64,000 bases of DNA from Sphaerodactylus townsendi (lineage: Eukaryota), in contig NC_059438.1 in assembly GCF_021028975.2 (NCBI RefSeq), forward strand, positions 28,272,001 through 28,336,000, written 5' to 3'. Positions 40,970 through 53,330 of this stretch are shown here, one piece after another (position 1 is the first letter of the stretch; each line of letters opens with the position of its first letter). Made by a program: the position numbers and the translations under genes. The notes beneath the pieces were generated by a model. It ran no database searches. It saw only the letters and a list, made by a program, of their open reading frames with translations, and had not been told where the DNA came from.

Positions 40970-41400
40970 GTCTGTCTGATGCTGTTCCTCCCAATTTTCC
41001 ATAACCAGAACAAAATCAAACGCCTTATCCGCTTGTGTACAGAGATGGTGGTGTGCAGCTTCCAGAAGTCATCCCAGTGGCGGGTTATGGGAACAGGGAC
41101 TGCGGTGGTGGCAGCTGACGGCACCCAACAGCATACAAAAACACAAACTTGTGTCTTTGACTTCCTGTTGACTTCCTCCTGACCAAGAAAGCATGGGCGT
41201 TGTGAAGGGTATGCAAAACTGTGGCTGGCTCGTGTGGCTTCCCTCCGACCTTGGTGCCCCTCCCCTAAACCCAGCCCACGTTCTGATAAAATGGCTCCTG
41301 TTTGGCAGGCTGGGAGAGGAGGGAGGCTCTGTGGCATGATGGACAGTTCTATAACAAAAAAATTATATATTGTTGAATAAAAGTTTTAAAAGTTAAATGT
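40970..41400 (+). other. CSNK2A2: CSNK2A2 non-coding terminal (3'UTR) exon
   Basis: Donor GG|gtaatt after 36862; acceptor tttttccccag at 40969; exon start GTCTGT...TTTTCCATAA.CAGAACAA..ATCAAACG resembles the mammalian CSNK2A2 3'UTR as recalled; AATAAA at 41376. Confidence 0.8.
41376..41381 (+). terminator. CSNK2A2 polyadenylation signal AATAAA
   Basis: Canonical hexamer at the end of the predicted terminal exon. Confidence 0.7.
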
Positions 41401-43879
41401 ATGGAGAATGTTATGGATGAAAGAAACTATGCCCCGAGGATTGCTTCTCTGGAACCGGCCTGGGTATGTAATCATTGGTTTTGTTTCTTCTGGGCTAGGG
41501 TGAGGAATCTCTAGGAGCAGCGGTGGGTTTTTTTTACAGTTTTTATTGAGTTTTCAAAGGGAGGCTTAATCACTGTAAAAAAAGATACATATGAAACCAT
41601 CTGTTAGATCCAAGCCTTTCCACTTAGTATAATCTAGCCTTTCAACAGCAAATTGTCTTCCACCTATTTTGTGTGAAATATGTAGAAACAACATCATCAT
41701 GGAAACAGGGTGGAGATAATGAGCAAACCAGCAAGCATTTTAGTATGCGTGTAGCGTCTGCCTTTGCCATTTGTATTTGCAGAATTTGTTTTAATTTCTG
41801 TGCCATCTTTCTTGCAAGATGAGCTTGCCAAACAGTCAATAGCCTAAAGCCACAAAACACCAAGGTAACACAGATGGAAGAACTGCTGGGTATCAGACCA
41901 GAAGCAGCACTGACAGAAATAAGTTTTCTCAACAACCACATGCAAGCCCCAAAAACAGCACAACAGTTAAATTTCCCCCTGGAAGTGTGGGAGTTGCTGC
42001 TTTGCATAGGTGGGCATTATTTTTCTCTTGCCTGTTCTCACACTGGGGGTTGGGGTGATTCCTTTGCAACCTAAGCTGTACTCTGTCTTCTGAATAAGGA
42101 TGTGCACAAGTCTTATAACTTATAACTTTTTCTGGGACCCAATTTAAACATGACAATAACAGGACAAAAGAACTTGCCCGTGTGAGGGCATGTGTATATC
42201 AGCTTTGGTTAAACTGGGTCTTTGGTCACAGCACATTGACGTGCCAGAAAATCACTGGCTGGGCAGATGTTGCGTCAAGATGCTAATGGTTCACATCATG
42301 TGGAACTGCACGCTTAAGTGGCTTGGTTTACAGAAGACCCTGTGCAATATGTGCATCATCATAAGGGAAGGGTTTGTCCTGCCGGAATCACTCTTAAACT
42401 ATTCTATTCACTTAACCCTTGTTCCTCCGCACTGAGAACAAAGTCTACCCTTTCCACATGCATTATTACATTGTTACGACAATTCACAATTTATCATGTT
42501 ATGCAAATTAAGGATTAGACCGTTTAGTGACTGTTCTTCACTCAGAATTAGCCAAGACACAATTATGTTGAAGTTACAGAGATGTAGCCATGTTAGTCTG
42601 TTGCAGTAGGAACAAGCAGGAATCTTGCATCTGTACTAACACATTTTAGTGGCAGGAGATGGAATGTTTTGCCACCTGTCCAAGTTGGAATCCTCCCTCA
42701 TTAGATATACACTGCAGTAGAAGGAAGGTGGGGACCCTCCTCCTTAAGCTGAGCAAAGTGTTATAAAATATTTAAAATGCTGTGTCAATTCCAGCTTTGT
42801 TCCTCTTGCAGAGGTACAAATGGCCTTTCTATTAAGCGTGTGCACTGTCTTCTGTTTGTGATGGTTGTGTGAAAGGATGGGAGCACTGTGGAAGAACAAT
42901 AGTTCTCAGTGCTGTCTACTCAGTCCTTAATATGGGTCCTGTACTGGTACAAAACCAGCTCCAAAAGTTCCAGAACTCTACCTCAGAAGTCTCCTCCCTC
43001 AAGGGAGAAGTTTGCCTCTCTGATCATGACTGGCTGAAGTCAGGTTTCTAGCAGCAATGTCCACATCTCCATTTCAGGTTGCAGCTCAAAGCTGTGCAGG
43101 TACACAAGGCTGTGCATTAATCTCAAGCACCTTAAAAATGGCCCAAATGCTGTAGCAGTTGCAAAGGTCTTATTAGCTGATAGCTGACAAGGATGGAAAG
43201 AAAAAAGAAATTGCAGGTCCTCATAAGTGGTTCATTCCCCAGATCCAACATTACCAACCATTACAGTTACATCCCTGGAAGCCTTGAGGGTCTTTTGTGG
43301 AGACCTCACAGTCAGATACCTGCTCTCCTGAACAGTAAAGAATGTACATCTAGCTGCCTGAAGTCCATTAATTTTGTTTTACTGAGTATTGTTCAATAAT
43401 GTTTGCAGATAGCTATGGACAATGGGGCAGTGTACCCCTACTTGAACAAACAAGGGTATGTCTCATACACTATTTAAGCGACATGACATTTTTGTTACAG
43501 CTATTCATCTTCCCAATCAAAATCACCACATGCTCATGCACCCAGCAGAAGGAAGGAAGTGATTTACTGCTGGATAATGAACCCATGATACCAGCACAAA
43601 ATGGTTTGTCCTTGGGCCACCCTACTTTCTGTTGTCGTATATGAAATAATCCCTTCACTGTTACAGCAGAGGAAGCTGTGAAAGATTATACCTAGATGAC
43701 TCTGTTCTCTAGCATGGGGGGATAGGCCTTTCCACCTTTGCATCTGTTCACTCAACTACTCCGGAAGTTAATGACTGACATGGCCATATTCTGGTTCATA
43801 TTCTTCCTTACCTGCTTTGACATGAAAGCGTCTTTTGCTACCTCTTCCAAATCCCTGTATTAACATTACACGTATGGGC

Positions 43880-45690
43880 CATGAGATGCCAACCTCTGTT
43901 GGGGTAGGCAGCAGAGATTAAGGCCTGATACTGTCCATAACCCTGCATTCAGTTATCAAAGGTGTGCTCTGCCTACTCCTTACTGGGTGCCTTGGCAAAA
44001 GATTTTCCTGTAGCACCATGGAACCCATCGGGCTTCAGGAGGGAAAAAATATCCACATAATAGCTATCTAGAGCCCGCTCCTTAAGTTTGCAAGGTAGAT
44101 GAGATCTGGGAGGGTCTCTGGTCCTAATTTCCTCAGAGTTGTGTGTGGGGGCTGGGCCCTGGGTCCACTGTCAGTTGGACCTTCTACGCCTGGCTAACCA
44201 ATGAGGCAACCCAGGAACATCCTTCCCCCCCCCCTCCAATAAGAGCCGCAAGCATGGACAGTATCTAAGGAAGACTCACTAGATGACGAGCTGCTGGGAC
44301 AACGGCAAGAGTGGCGGCATGACCTCTGGTGCTTCCGGTGATGATTGCAAGCTCTGGTGGGAGCCTCAAACCCAGGGTCTGCTGGTGGGCCGGGAATCTC
44401 GCCGCTGTCGGAAGGGCCCTCCCCCACGCCCAAGCTGCCCCCTTGCTGTGGAGCCCCCTCTTGATTTTTGCTTGGGGATGGAGGCCCCCCGTGCCAAGCT
44501 GGCCCATGCACTGTGAGAGCTGCATGAGAGTCCTGGTAAAGGCATGGCAAAAGTCATTGTTAGTGTTGCCTACGGAGGATTCTGGTGCTGCCATGTTGAT
44601 GGTGGAAGGGCAATGAGGAAACAGGCCAACCCGCCCCATGGAGCATAGAGGTGGCTCAAGCTGCGAGCCCCCACCAGGAGAGGAGTAAGGGTTGTCCTCT
44701 TCCTGTTGGTGTGCGACCCATGGTGTGCTGGGTAGGGACTGGCCCAGGCATGCTGCCTCATCCATCTGCTCCATTGCTTGCCCTGTTGCCAGGAGGCCCA
44801 GAGCCCAGCCCCCAGTGGCTTCTCAGGCTGGGGTCTGTTGCTCCTGTTCCACCCCAGATGCTGCTAGAAAGGCCCCCAACTGTTAGCTTGGTTGCTGGGG
44901 GCCGGCCCCATAACTGGACACCAGGTGCCTGGGCCCCAAGTATCTTGGAGCTGGCTGAAGGTTGTTAACTGATCCCATCCCCCAAGATCTGACTGGTGGC
45001 CGCTCGTGATGGTGCTGCTGAGGCCTGGAGGCCTGGAAAGCTTGGCTGGTGTCCCCCCCGCCGGCAGGCCTTCCCACCTGGAGCTTGTGGGAATTGTTCC
45101 TGGTGTCTCCAAGTATCAAATTCATCACTATGTTGTCCTTGATTTCTGCCGTGGTCTTGAAGACTGGGACAGCTGATGTGAAAGGTGGGAGTATTGACCC
45201 GGGGAAAGAACAATACTTCTGACAAATGTCTTCTTCAGCCACTTTAGGCACTATCGTTCTATCATAATAATAATGGTAGAAAATATGAACAAAGAAATAA
45301 TCCCACAACATAGACACAATAATTGTAATAAGCTGATGCCACGAGCTTGATCCTGGTCTGAGCTGGATGGGCTTCCCCATCCCCACTAGATGGTAGAGGG
45401 CCCCCCGAGATTGTGTGTGGCACAACCCTCATGGGGTCAGTTGCACTTCTGCTACCCCTGGTGCTGCTGCTTGCCCCTGCTCTTAAGGTGCCTGGCATTG
45501 CCTGTGGCCTGGAGGGGAACTCGACTGAGTTGCTCCTACCGCCCATGCTGTTCCCTCCTGCCATTGGTGCCCCTTCCCCTCTCTGGAGCTTTGGTCTTTT
45601 CCCTGGCATCTCCTGCCTGAGCTCCAAAAAGGGGGGATCCCTATTACTGCTGGGCTCAGTGCAGCAGGCTCCTTGTTGTCCACCCTTGCG
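43880..45690 (-). mobile_element. Degenerate DIRS-like retroelement gag region (probably extends to about 46400)
   Basis: Minus strand encodes LKERALDSYYVDIFSLL and HTFDN*MQGY, matching recalled DIRS gag motifs (EYVDIFSLL; TF.NWLQ.F); GC-rich, frameshifted. Confidence 0.5.
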
Positions 45691-45692
45691 TG

Positions 45693-46104
45693 CAGTGGTG
45701 GGATTCAAATAATTTAGAAGAAGAAGAAGAGTTTATATTTATATTCCCCTTTCTCTCCTGCAGGAGACTCAAAGGGGCTTACAATCTCCTTGCCCTTCCC
45801 CCCTCACAACAAACACCCTGTGAGGTAGGTGGGGCTGAGAGAGCTCCGAGAAGCTATGACTAGCTCAAGGTCACCCAGCTGGCGTGTGTGGGAGTGTACA
45901 GGCTAATCTGAATTCCCCAGATAAGCCTCCACAGCTCAGGCGGCAGAGTGGGGAATCAAACCCGGTTCCTCCAGATTAGATACATGAGCTCTTAACCTCC
46001 CACGCCACTGCTGCTCCGTTTAATTTAACAACTGGTTGTTTACAAGCACCATTTTAACTACCGGTTCTGCTGAAGTGGGGCAAACCTGGTGACTCCCACC
46101 ACTG
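45693..46104. mobile_element. hAT MITE interrupted by a SINE
   Basis: TIRs cagtggtggga / tcccaccactg; perfect 8-bp TSD cttgcgtg at 45685-45692 and 46105-46112. Confidence 0.9.
45717..46020 (-). mobile_element. Young full-length Squam3-type SINE nested in the hAT MITE
   Basis: (GAA)n tail on +; TSD taattta at 45710-45716 and 46021-46027. Confidence 0.9.
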
Positions 46105-46399
46105 CTTGCGTGCCACTCAAAGTTGCACTGCACTCCGCCAGGTGCAATCCCTCAGTTCCCAGTCGCTCACTGCTGCAAGTCTGCTGCTGCTACCTTGCTC
46201 AATTCAGGCCTCCTTCCATTGTCTAGAGCCACTGCTGTTCCACTGCTCCACATGTCCTGATAAACAGCTGCCAGGTGACAGGAGGGAGAGAGAAGCCATG
46301 GCGCTCTGGCAAGAAGAGGCGTGGGGTGGCTGGCCTGGCCTGGATGCTGGCGCTGAGACCTATGAAGTGGTCTCCACCTGGTAGCCTTCCATGCGACAC

Positions 46400-47110
46400 G
46401 ACAAGACCCGAAAGGAGTTCACAAAGCGACCCTTCCGCTAGGCTGGACCAGGCCTGAGGGAACCGACGGTGCGACCACCAAGCCACGCCCTCAGTCCCCT
46501 CTCTCATGCGTACTGTTCTCTATTGCGCCTGCGCGTTTGAATGAGCGAGGCCTTCTCCGTGGCGACCCAGAGCGATGCGCCAAGGGGGCGGGGTCCTGGC
46601 AACGGACTCCAGCCAGCTCTTTCGCCAGCCTCCCCGTCGCCTTGGAAGCACGCACGCGTCGCGACAACACTCGCCGGGGGAACGAGTTCCGGCAGAAAAA
46701 TAGTCCGTTCCGGGGCAGCGGCTGCTGGTGGCGTTGTGACGGGGAAGCGGAGCGGTCTCGGTTTTGTTCGGCAGTGCGCACGCGTCCGCGTCTCCTTCCG
46801 CGCGGCGCCTGAGGGCTGAGAGCGAGACGGCCGCGCTCGGCGGCAGCAGCAGCCCGCGCGGAGCCACCCCCTCGGCCCGGCTTGGCTCGGCGGGATGTTC
46901 AAGAACACGTTCCAGAGCGGCTTCCTGTCCATCCTCTACAGTATCGGGAGCAAACCGCTGCAGATCTGGGACAAGAAGGTGGCTGTGGGGGGGCGGGGGC
47001 GGGAACCGTGGTCTCCGTTAGCTGCTGCTGGAAAACAAGTTTCTGTCCCTCATGAAGGTTGTGGCGGGGGGCTGGGGGTTGTTGCCTCAGTTTCCTCCTG
47101 GCGCGGCTTT
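46400..47110 (+). promoter_or_regulatory. CFAP20 CpG-island promoter with NRF1-like site (46524-46534) and several degenerate X-boxes
   Basis: CpG-dense; TGCGCCTGCGC; TTCTCCGTGGCGAC, CCTGGCAAC, GTCGCCTTGGAAGC, GTCGCGACAAC. Confidence 0.8.
46895..46978 (+). CDS. CFAP20: CFAP20 exon 1 ([28 protein letters not shown])
   Basis: Invariant CFAP20/BUG22 N-terminus; 84 nt. Confidence 0.98.
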
Positions 47111-47449
47111 TTCTACAGCTGTCAGGCTCCCTAAGTGCCCTGGCCTTGCATGCTTCTCTGCTGCAAAAGCTGGACGCTCCAGATCGAGCCGGGCTTGGGG
47201 AGGGGACAGACGAGGTAGACGTGCCTGAGGCTGTGCCCCTTGCTGTGTAGGACGAGAGTTTGCTTGGCGTGCATTTGTAGTTTCATGTCCCTCTCTTCTG
47301 CTCTGGAGGCAGACTGGGTATATTGGTGCTCCTCCACTCTGGCAGGTGCTCTGCATCATCTTAACCCTGAGCCGATCTGGGGTGTCTCGCTTTTGCAGCT
47401 AGCTAATCCAGCCTCTGTCATACAATGACCTCCCTGTGTAGGGTCTCTT

Positions 47450-47700
47450 TAAAGGTAAAGTTTCCCCTTCAGTCGTCTCCGACCCTGGGGTACCACTGCA
47501 AGCAATGATTTCATAGGCAAGCCTATGAAAGCAATGGGGTAGTTTGCCATTGCTTTCCCCAGCTATTCTTTACCCCCTAGCTATGAGCTAGGTGCTCATT
47601 TACCGACCAAGGAATGGATGGATGGCTGAGTTGACCATGAGTCAGCTGCGAGGATATCTGACCCACAGGGGGCTCGAACTCCTGACCATGTGAGCCTCTA
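47450..47700 (-). mobile_element. Sauria SINE (Squam1)-like element
   Basis: aaaggtaaagtttcccc..agtcgtctccgaccctgg...catttaccgacc...gatggctgagttgacc matches the Sauria SINE reverse strand as recalled. Confidence 0.75.
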
Positions 47701-48154
47701 GTTCCATTTAACTGATATAATGTACATTAAAATCACTACACATTGAAGGGGAGCAGACGCAAATATGCTGGCTCATGGAGCTAGACCATTGGTCTGTCAT
47801 TTTCGTATCGTCTGCACTGGCTGGCAGCAGCTCTCTAGGTTGGACATCTTGCACGTCACTCGCTGTTAGATTTGAATCCAGTAGCACTTTAGAGACCAAC
47901 AGGAGTTTCAGGGTATTATCTTTCAAGGGTCAAAGTTCACTTTTCTTTTTGGTCTCCTAAGATGTTACTGGACTGGAATCTGTTTTAATGCAGATCAACA
48001 TGGCTGCCATCTGAAATGATCACTTATTGTGGAATCTTTGGACATGCCAGGGGTTGAATCTGAGGCTTTCTGCGTGCCACACAGATACTCCTCTGCCTAG
48101 AAACGCTCTCTCCATGTGCATTGCTCTGTCACTGAGCTTTGGCATCTTGTTTGA

Positions 48155-48361
48155 ACACACCTGAAGCTGCCTTATCCTGAATCAGACCTTTGGGCCATTA
48201 TGGTCAGCATTGTCTACTCCGACTGGCAGCAGCTTCCCACTGCCTCAAGCCTCAGCCTTTCCTGTCACCTCCTTCCTGGTTAGTTTAAGTGGAGCTGCAG
48301 GGGATTGAACCTGAGACCTTCAGCATGCCAAGCAATTGCTCTGCCACTGAGCCACAGCCCC
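48155..48361 (-). mobile_element. tRNA-derived SINE (Squam2-like)
   Basis: Minus strand ggggctgtggctcagtggcagagc (A box)...ggttcaatcccc (B box), LINE-like tail. Confidence 0.75.
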
Positions 48362-49562
48362 CTTCCCCGCACGTGTGTAGTCAAGCCATTGGTCTGTCTG
48401 TATAGATGACACCTGTTTGTCAGCCATGGTGTGATCAAGTAGATGTTTAAGTGGAGGTCTGGAGGTAGGAACAGACTGGATGGGAACCAGCAGGTGAAAG
48501 CTCAGTGCAGACAAAAATTCAGGCAGTACTGTAGATAATATGATTGGGGACCATGACATCAGTCTGTGCTAGGTAAAGTTGCACCTTCTCTCAGAGAGCA
48601 GGTTCATGGTTTGGGCGTGTGTTGTTCTGTGTTTGCGGGTGGAACTTGGATCCCATCTGCACTGTGTAGTGCCTTTTAGTCAAGTTCAGTTGGTTTGCCA
48701 AATGCATCCTTTTCTGGAAGAGTGAGATTTGTCCACAGCAATCTGGCATTCACGATATATTAGTTAGACTATTATGATGTGTTTTGCATGGGGCTGTCTT
48801 GGAAGGCTGTTTGGGCACCTTGGTTGGTCCAGAATGCCTCCATGAGAAAGGCTGTACTTCCCCAGTATTAGAAGAATTGCACTGGCAGCCAGTTCATTGC
48901 TGGATACAACTAGAAGAGCTTGGGGTGTCCAGAGAACTACCTGTTTCCACATGAGCTTACCTAATCTTCAGAAAAGACCCTGATTTGTGCTTTGTCCCTA
49001 CCCACCACTTTCATCAGTAAGGTAGGTGGGAACTGGAGCGTGTGTGTGCCTGGGCTGGCACTTTGATTTTTGAATTGCTCCAACACGACAGTGGCTCACA
49101 TAATACTGTGTCTTTTAAGTGTTCTAGGCTTTTGCTGATTGCTAATATCTGATTTATATAATCTGATCTCTCTTTTTTGCTAGCCCTGTAGACTGTTCAG
49201 TGTCTTGTGATAACTCTCATTTTGGTTTGGTTAATATTAATTATTCTATTGTATTTTTGTTGATTCCTTCTAAGTTGCCTCCTGAACTGTGTTACAAGGC
49301 CGTGTAGCAATATTTTCAATACAGCAAATGTAAGCCGCTCCATTCAGACGTGAATTATTTTGGAGGCTGCAATTGGACTTCTCTGCTTTTGTCACATTTT
49401 GCCATCCTTTGCCTCCTGCTGTTTTTTTTGAAGGCACAGACTGTCTCACTGGATTTTGGGAACATTTACAACTGTTATTTTCCTAGCAGAGATCATGGGC
49501 AGCCCTTGGGGCAGGGATCTTTGTTGTTCAGAACATGATGGGCTGTTTCCTCCATCTTTTAG

Positions 49563-49642
49563 GTGCGCAATGGTCACATTAAGAGAATCACGGATAATGA
49601 TATCCAGTCACTGGTGCTGGAGATTGAAGGAACCAATGTCAG
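49563..49642 (+). CDS. CFAP20: CFAP20 exon 2 (VRNGHIKRITDNDIQSLVLEIEGTNV)
   Basis: 80 nt, AG/GT boundaries. Confidence 0.98.
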
Positions 49643-50024
49643 GTAGGACAGAGTGACTATTTACACTCGCTATTGAATGTTTCACATATACAGTTAACAC
49701 ACACAATCACAGAAAGAAAGGGGAAAAATTCGATACATCCTGGTCAATGTGATTCTAAATGTTTGGAAGCTGGGGAGTCAAAGGGGAACCTTCATGGAGC
49801 CTTTGCGGGGAGAAAGTCCCCCTCATTTCCAAACCAAAGACACCCCCACGCCAAACACAGCAAACTTACAGAATGCTCAAATACACAAAGAAGCTAAACT
49901 TGGGTCTCGATTGAGTAGGGTCTACCGTTGGCTTTGCAGCATGGAATGTCTGACTTCCCCCTGGCACGAGAGCTGCAGCTACTGATTAATAGATTTTAAT
50001 GTGCAATCTTTCTTTCTTTTCCAG

Positions 50025-50136
50025 TACCACGTATATCACGTGTCCTGCTGACCCAAAGAAAACGCTGGGAATCAAGTTGCCCTTTCTGGTGATGATAATC
50101 AAGAACCTGAAGAAGTACTTCACATTTGAAGTACAG
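50025..50136 (+). CDS. CFAP20: CFAP20 exon 3 ([37 protein letters not shown])
   Basis: 112 nt, AG/GT boundaries. Confidence 0.98.
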
Positions 50137-51556
50137 GTTAGAGAGCTGTGTGAGGGGGAGGGAGGTTTGGGGGGGAGGGGAGGGTGTGATCAGAGTACTT
50201 GGGTACTCTGGGTACTTTCATCTCAAGGGGATAGTTCTTCTTTATTTACAGATGAAATGCTTGGAGCTGCCCAGAGAGGCTGTAGGCAGATAAGCTCTCT
50301 CAAGTTTCTGAAGGGCCAAGGCAGTCTTCCAGTCATTAACTTAATGCTAGTCAACACAGTTATGACTTCTTTCAGGAGGCAGAGGCTCTTGCTGGGTGAG
50401 ATATGTAATTTACAAGAAGGTGACTTATGAGAACTCATGTGGAAGAGGCGTGGACATCCTGCTCCCTGTCCTCCCTGGAGCTTCACTTTTTCATTTCCAC
50501 TTTTTTCTTCCTCAATCCCAGTTCTGTTCCATTCTTTTCTCCCATAACAGTTTCCTTCACTGGATGTCATTTTTCTTTCTTTCCTGACTCTCCTTTCTTA
50601 CCCTCTAGCAGCCACCACAGTATGTCCCTATTAGGCCTTGGCTCAAAAATCAATAAGGGGACTCTGGGTCCAGGATCAATCGTCTTTATTGAAGTTGGCA
50701 ACAAGCACTCTAAACTTCAAGAAGCCAGTTCTGCTGATCTGGCTCTTCATTCATATTTATCTTCCAGGTTTTGCTCCCCATAAGTCCCCCTCCCGTTTTT
50801 CCAAAGAATGTGAGAAAGTAAAGTGTGAATAAGAATGTTTTTGAAAGCGGTCCTTCCAAAGCCACGGCAGCGATAGTCAGATAGCCTCCTGCTGGGTTCG
50901 TTCCTTCCTCCATGCCCCTCCCGGGGCCCCAGCAGGGTCAGCCTAGTTATCTACATTTACAAGCACATAGGAACAGATCAAACAGAGTGAAGATCCATTA
51001 GCACAACAGAAAGCAAGTGGCATTGTAAAGCATATCTCAATCCCCATACAGCAGAATCCATACTCCCTCACACAGGTGTGAAACCCATCACCTGATGGCG
51101 CCTCGATGGCTGATGCTGGGAAAGGCAGGCGCCGTTCCAGAGTCCCCCATCTCCTTTTCTATCCCACTCTTCTCTCTCTGATAAATGCTGTTTTACCCAT
51201 CCTTCTCAGCTTTACTTCTCTCACCCTCCCAACCCCTGTGGTCCACTTCCCTTTCTTTCCTCTGTCTCTGACTCCCAGGCCCCATTTATTGACAGGCAAC
51301 ATTTGACATCATTGTTGATACTTTAATTTTTCAAAAATGAGGTTAGATCATCCCCCCCTTTTAAATACATTTTCGACAAACTTGAGATTTCCCCTGGGCC
51401 TGCATTCCCCTGGATTATTTTAAATCCTCACAGGAGCCATATTTCGCTATTAGGAAGATGGTGGCAGAACCAGTCACCCAGTTTCTGGGCTGGGCCTCCA
51501 CCTTGGGCAGCCTCATGCCTGGATTCCTTCTCAGGGGTGGCGTTTTTCTTTACTAG

Positions 51557-51745
51557 GTGCTGGATGATAAAAATGTGCGCCGGCGATTCCGTGCCAGCAA
51601 CTACCAGAGCACAACCCGTGTGAAGCCCTTCATCTGCACCATGCCCATGCGGCTGGATGATGGCTGGAATCAGATTCAGTTCAACCTGTCCGACTTCACT
51701 CGCCGAGCGTACGGCACCAACTACATTGAGACCCTGAGAGTGCAG
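51557..51745 (+). CDS. CFAP20: CFAP20 exon 4 ([25 protein letters not shown]...YIETLRVQ)
   Basis: 189 nt, AG/GT boundaries. Confidence 0.98.
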
Positions 51746-51750
51746 GTGAG

Positions 51751-52853
51751 AACATAAGAACATAAGAACAAGCCAGCTGGATCAGACCAAAGTCCATCTA
51801 GTCCAGCTCTCTGCTACTCGCAGTGGCCCACCAGGTGCCTTTGGGAGCGCACATGTAGGATGTGAACGCAATGGCCTTCTGCGGCTGTTGCTCCCGATCA
51901 CCTGGTCTGTTAAGGCATTTGCAATCTCAGATCAAAGAGGATCAAGATTGGTAACCATAAATCAACTTCTCCTCCATAAATCTGTCCAAGCCCCTTTTAA
52001 AGCTATCCAGGTTAGTGGCCATCACCACCTCCTGTGGCAGCATATTCCAAACACCAATCACACATTGCGTGAAGAAGTGTTTCCTTTTATTAGTCCTAAT
52101 TCTTCCCCCCAGCATTTTCAATGAATGCCCCCTGGTTCTAGTATTGTGAGAAAGAGAGAAAAATTTCTCTCTGTCAACATTGTCTACCCCATGCATAATT
52201 TTGTAGACTTCAATCATATCCCCCCTCAGCCGCCTCCTCTCCAAACTAAAGAGTCCCAAACGCTGCAGCCTCTCCTCATAGGGAAGGTGCTCCAGTCCCT
52301 CAATCATCCTTGTTGCCCTTCTCTGCACTTTTTCTATCTCCTCAATATCCTTTTTGAGATGCCGCGACCAGAACTGGACACAGTACTCCAAGTGCGGTCG
52401 CACCACTGCTTTATATAAGGGCATGACAATCTTTGCAGTTTTATTATCAATTCCTTTTCTAATGATTCCCAGCATAGAGTTTGCCTTTTTCACAGCTGCC
52501 ATGCATTGAGTTGACATTCCCATGGAACTATCAACTAAGACGCCTAAATCCCTTTCCTGGTCTGTGACTGATAGCACTGACCCCTGTAGCGTGTATGTGA
52601 AGTTTGGATTTTTTGCCCCTATGTGCATCACTTTACATCTTGCTACATTGAACTGCATTTGCCATTTCTGAGCCCACTCACCTAATTTATCAAGGTCCGC
52701 TTGGAGCTCTTCGCAATCCTTTGTGGTTCTCACCACCCTACATAATTTGGTATCATCTGCAAACTTGGCCACCACGCTACCCACCCCTACTTCCAGGTCA
52801 TTTATGAATAAGTTAAAGAGCACTGGTCCCAAAACGGATCCTTGGGGGACACC
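51751..52853 (-). mobile_element. 5'-truncated young CR1 LINE (ORF2 RT C-terminal part, 3'UTR and (TTATGTTC)-type microsatellite tail)
   Basis: Open frame 52853-51942 with GVPQGSVLGP, KFADDTKL, VRPHLEYCVQFW, RRLRGDMIEVYK; tail reads agaacata repeats on +. Confidence 0.96.
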
Positions 52854-53194
52854 GGTCGTGAGCAGCCGGTCGTGGACCTAATGCGGCCCTTGGGGTGGTA
52901 GCCCCTCTGAGTACGGTGGGCTCTGAACCAGAAACTCCAAGACACCAAAATTATTTAAAATTTTGTTAAAGTAAAATGATTGAAATACAAAATTAAAACA
53001 ACAGTGAAACGCAACAAGGTGCATACAGTTATGCAGAAGAAAACAAAGGCTAGTTTTTACATACCACAATTAACTCTTACAAGCAGAAGGTGCTAGATGT
53101 CTTGAGTACATGTGCAGAATCCCAGTAGCATTGCATGGAGAGTGCAGGGAAAGGGAAAAGGATCAAGGAAGGGTAATTAGCCAATGTTATAGGT

Positions 53195-53330
53195 ACTAGT
53201 TGTTGTGGGTTTTCTGGGCTGTGTGGCTGTGGTCTGTTAGATCTTGTTCCTAATGTTTTGCCTGCATCTGTGGCTGGCATCTTCAGAGGTGTACCACAGA
53301 GGGAAGTCTGTTACACACTGTGTCCAGTGA
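53195..53330 (-). mobile_element. Penelope-type pLTR fragment with a CpG-decayed hammerhead
   Basis: Near-identical to 53925-54025, but the core reads ggcAAAACATTAGG instead of ggcGAAACGTTAGG. Confidence 0.7.

Noticed and set aside
48290-48361. tRNA gene
   Set aside because: A and B boxes present, but it continues into a SINE body with no clean cloverleaf or terminator
50620-51075. Possible solo LTR in CFAP20 intron 3
   Set aside because: TG...CA ends and TTTATT are present, but no convincing TSD or terminal inverted repeat, so not called
51942-52832. 296-aa ORF as a host gene or autonomous LINE
   Set aside because: 5'-truncated CR1 ORF2 fragment lacking ORF1, endonuclease, promoter and a real start codon
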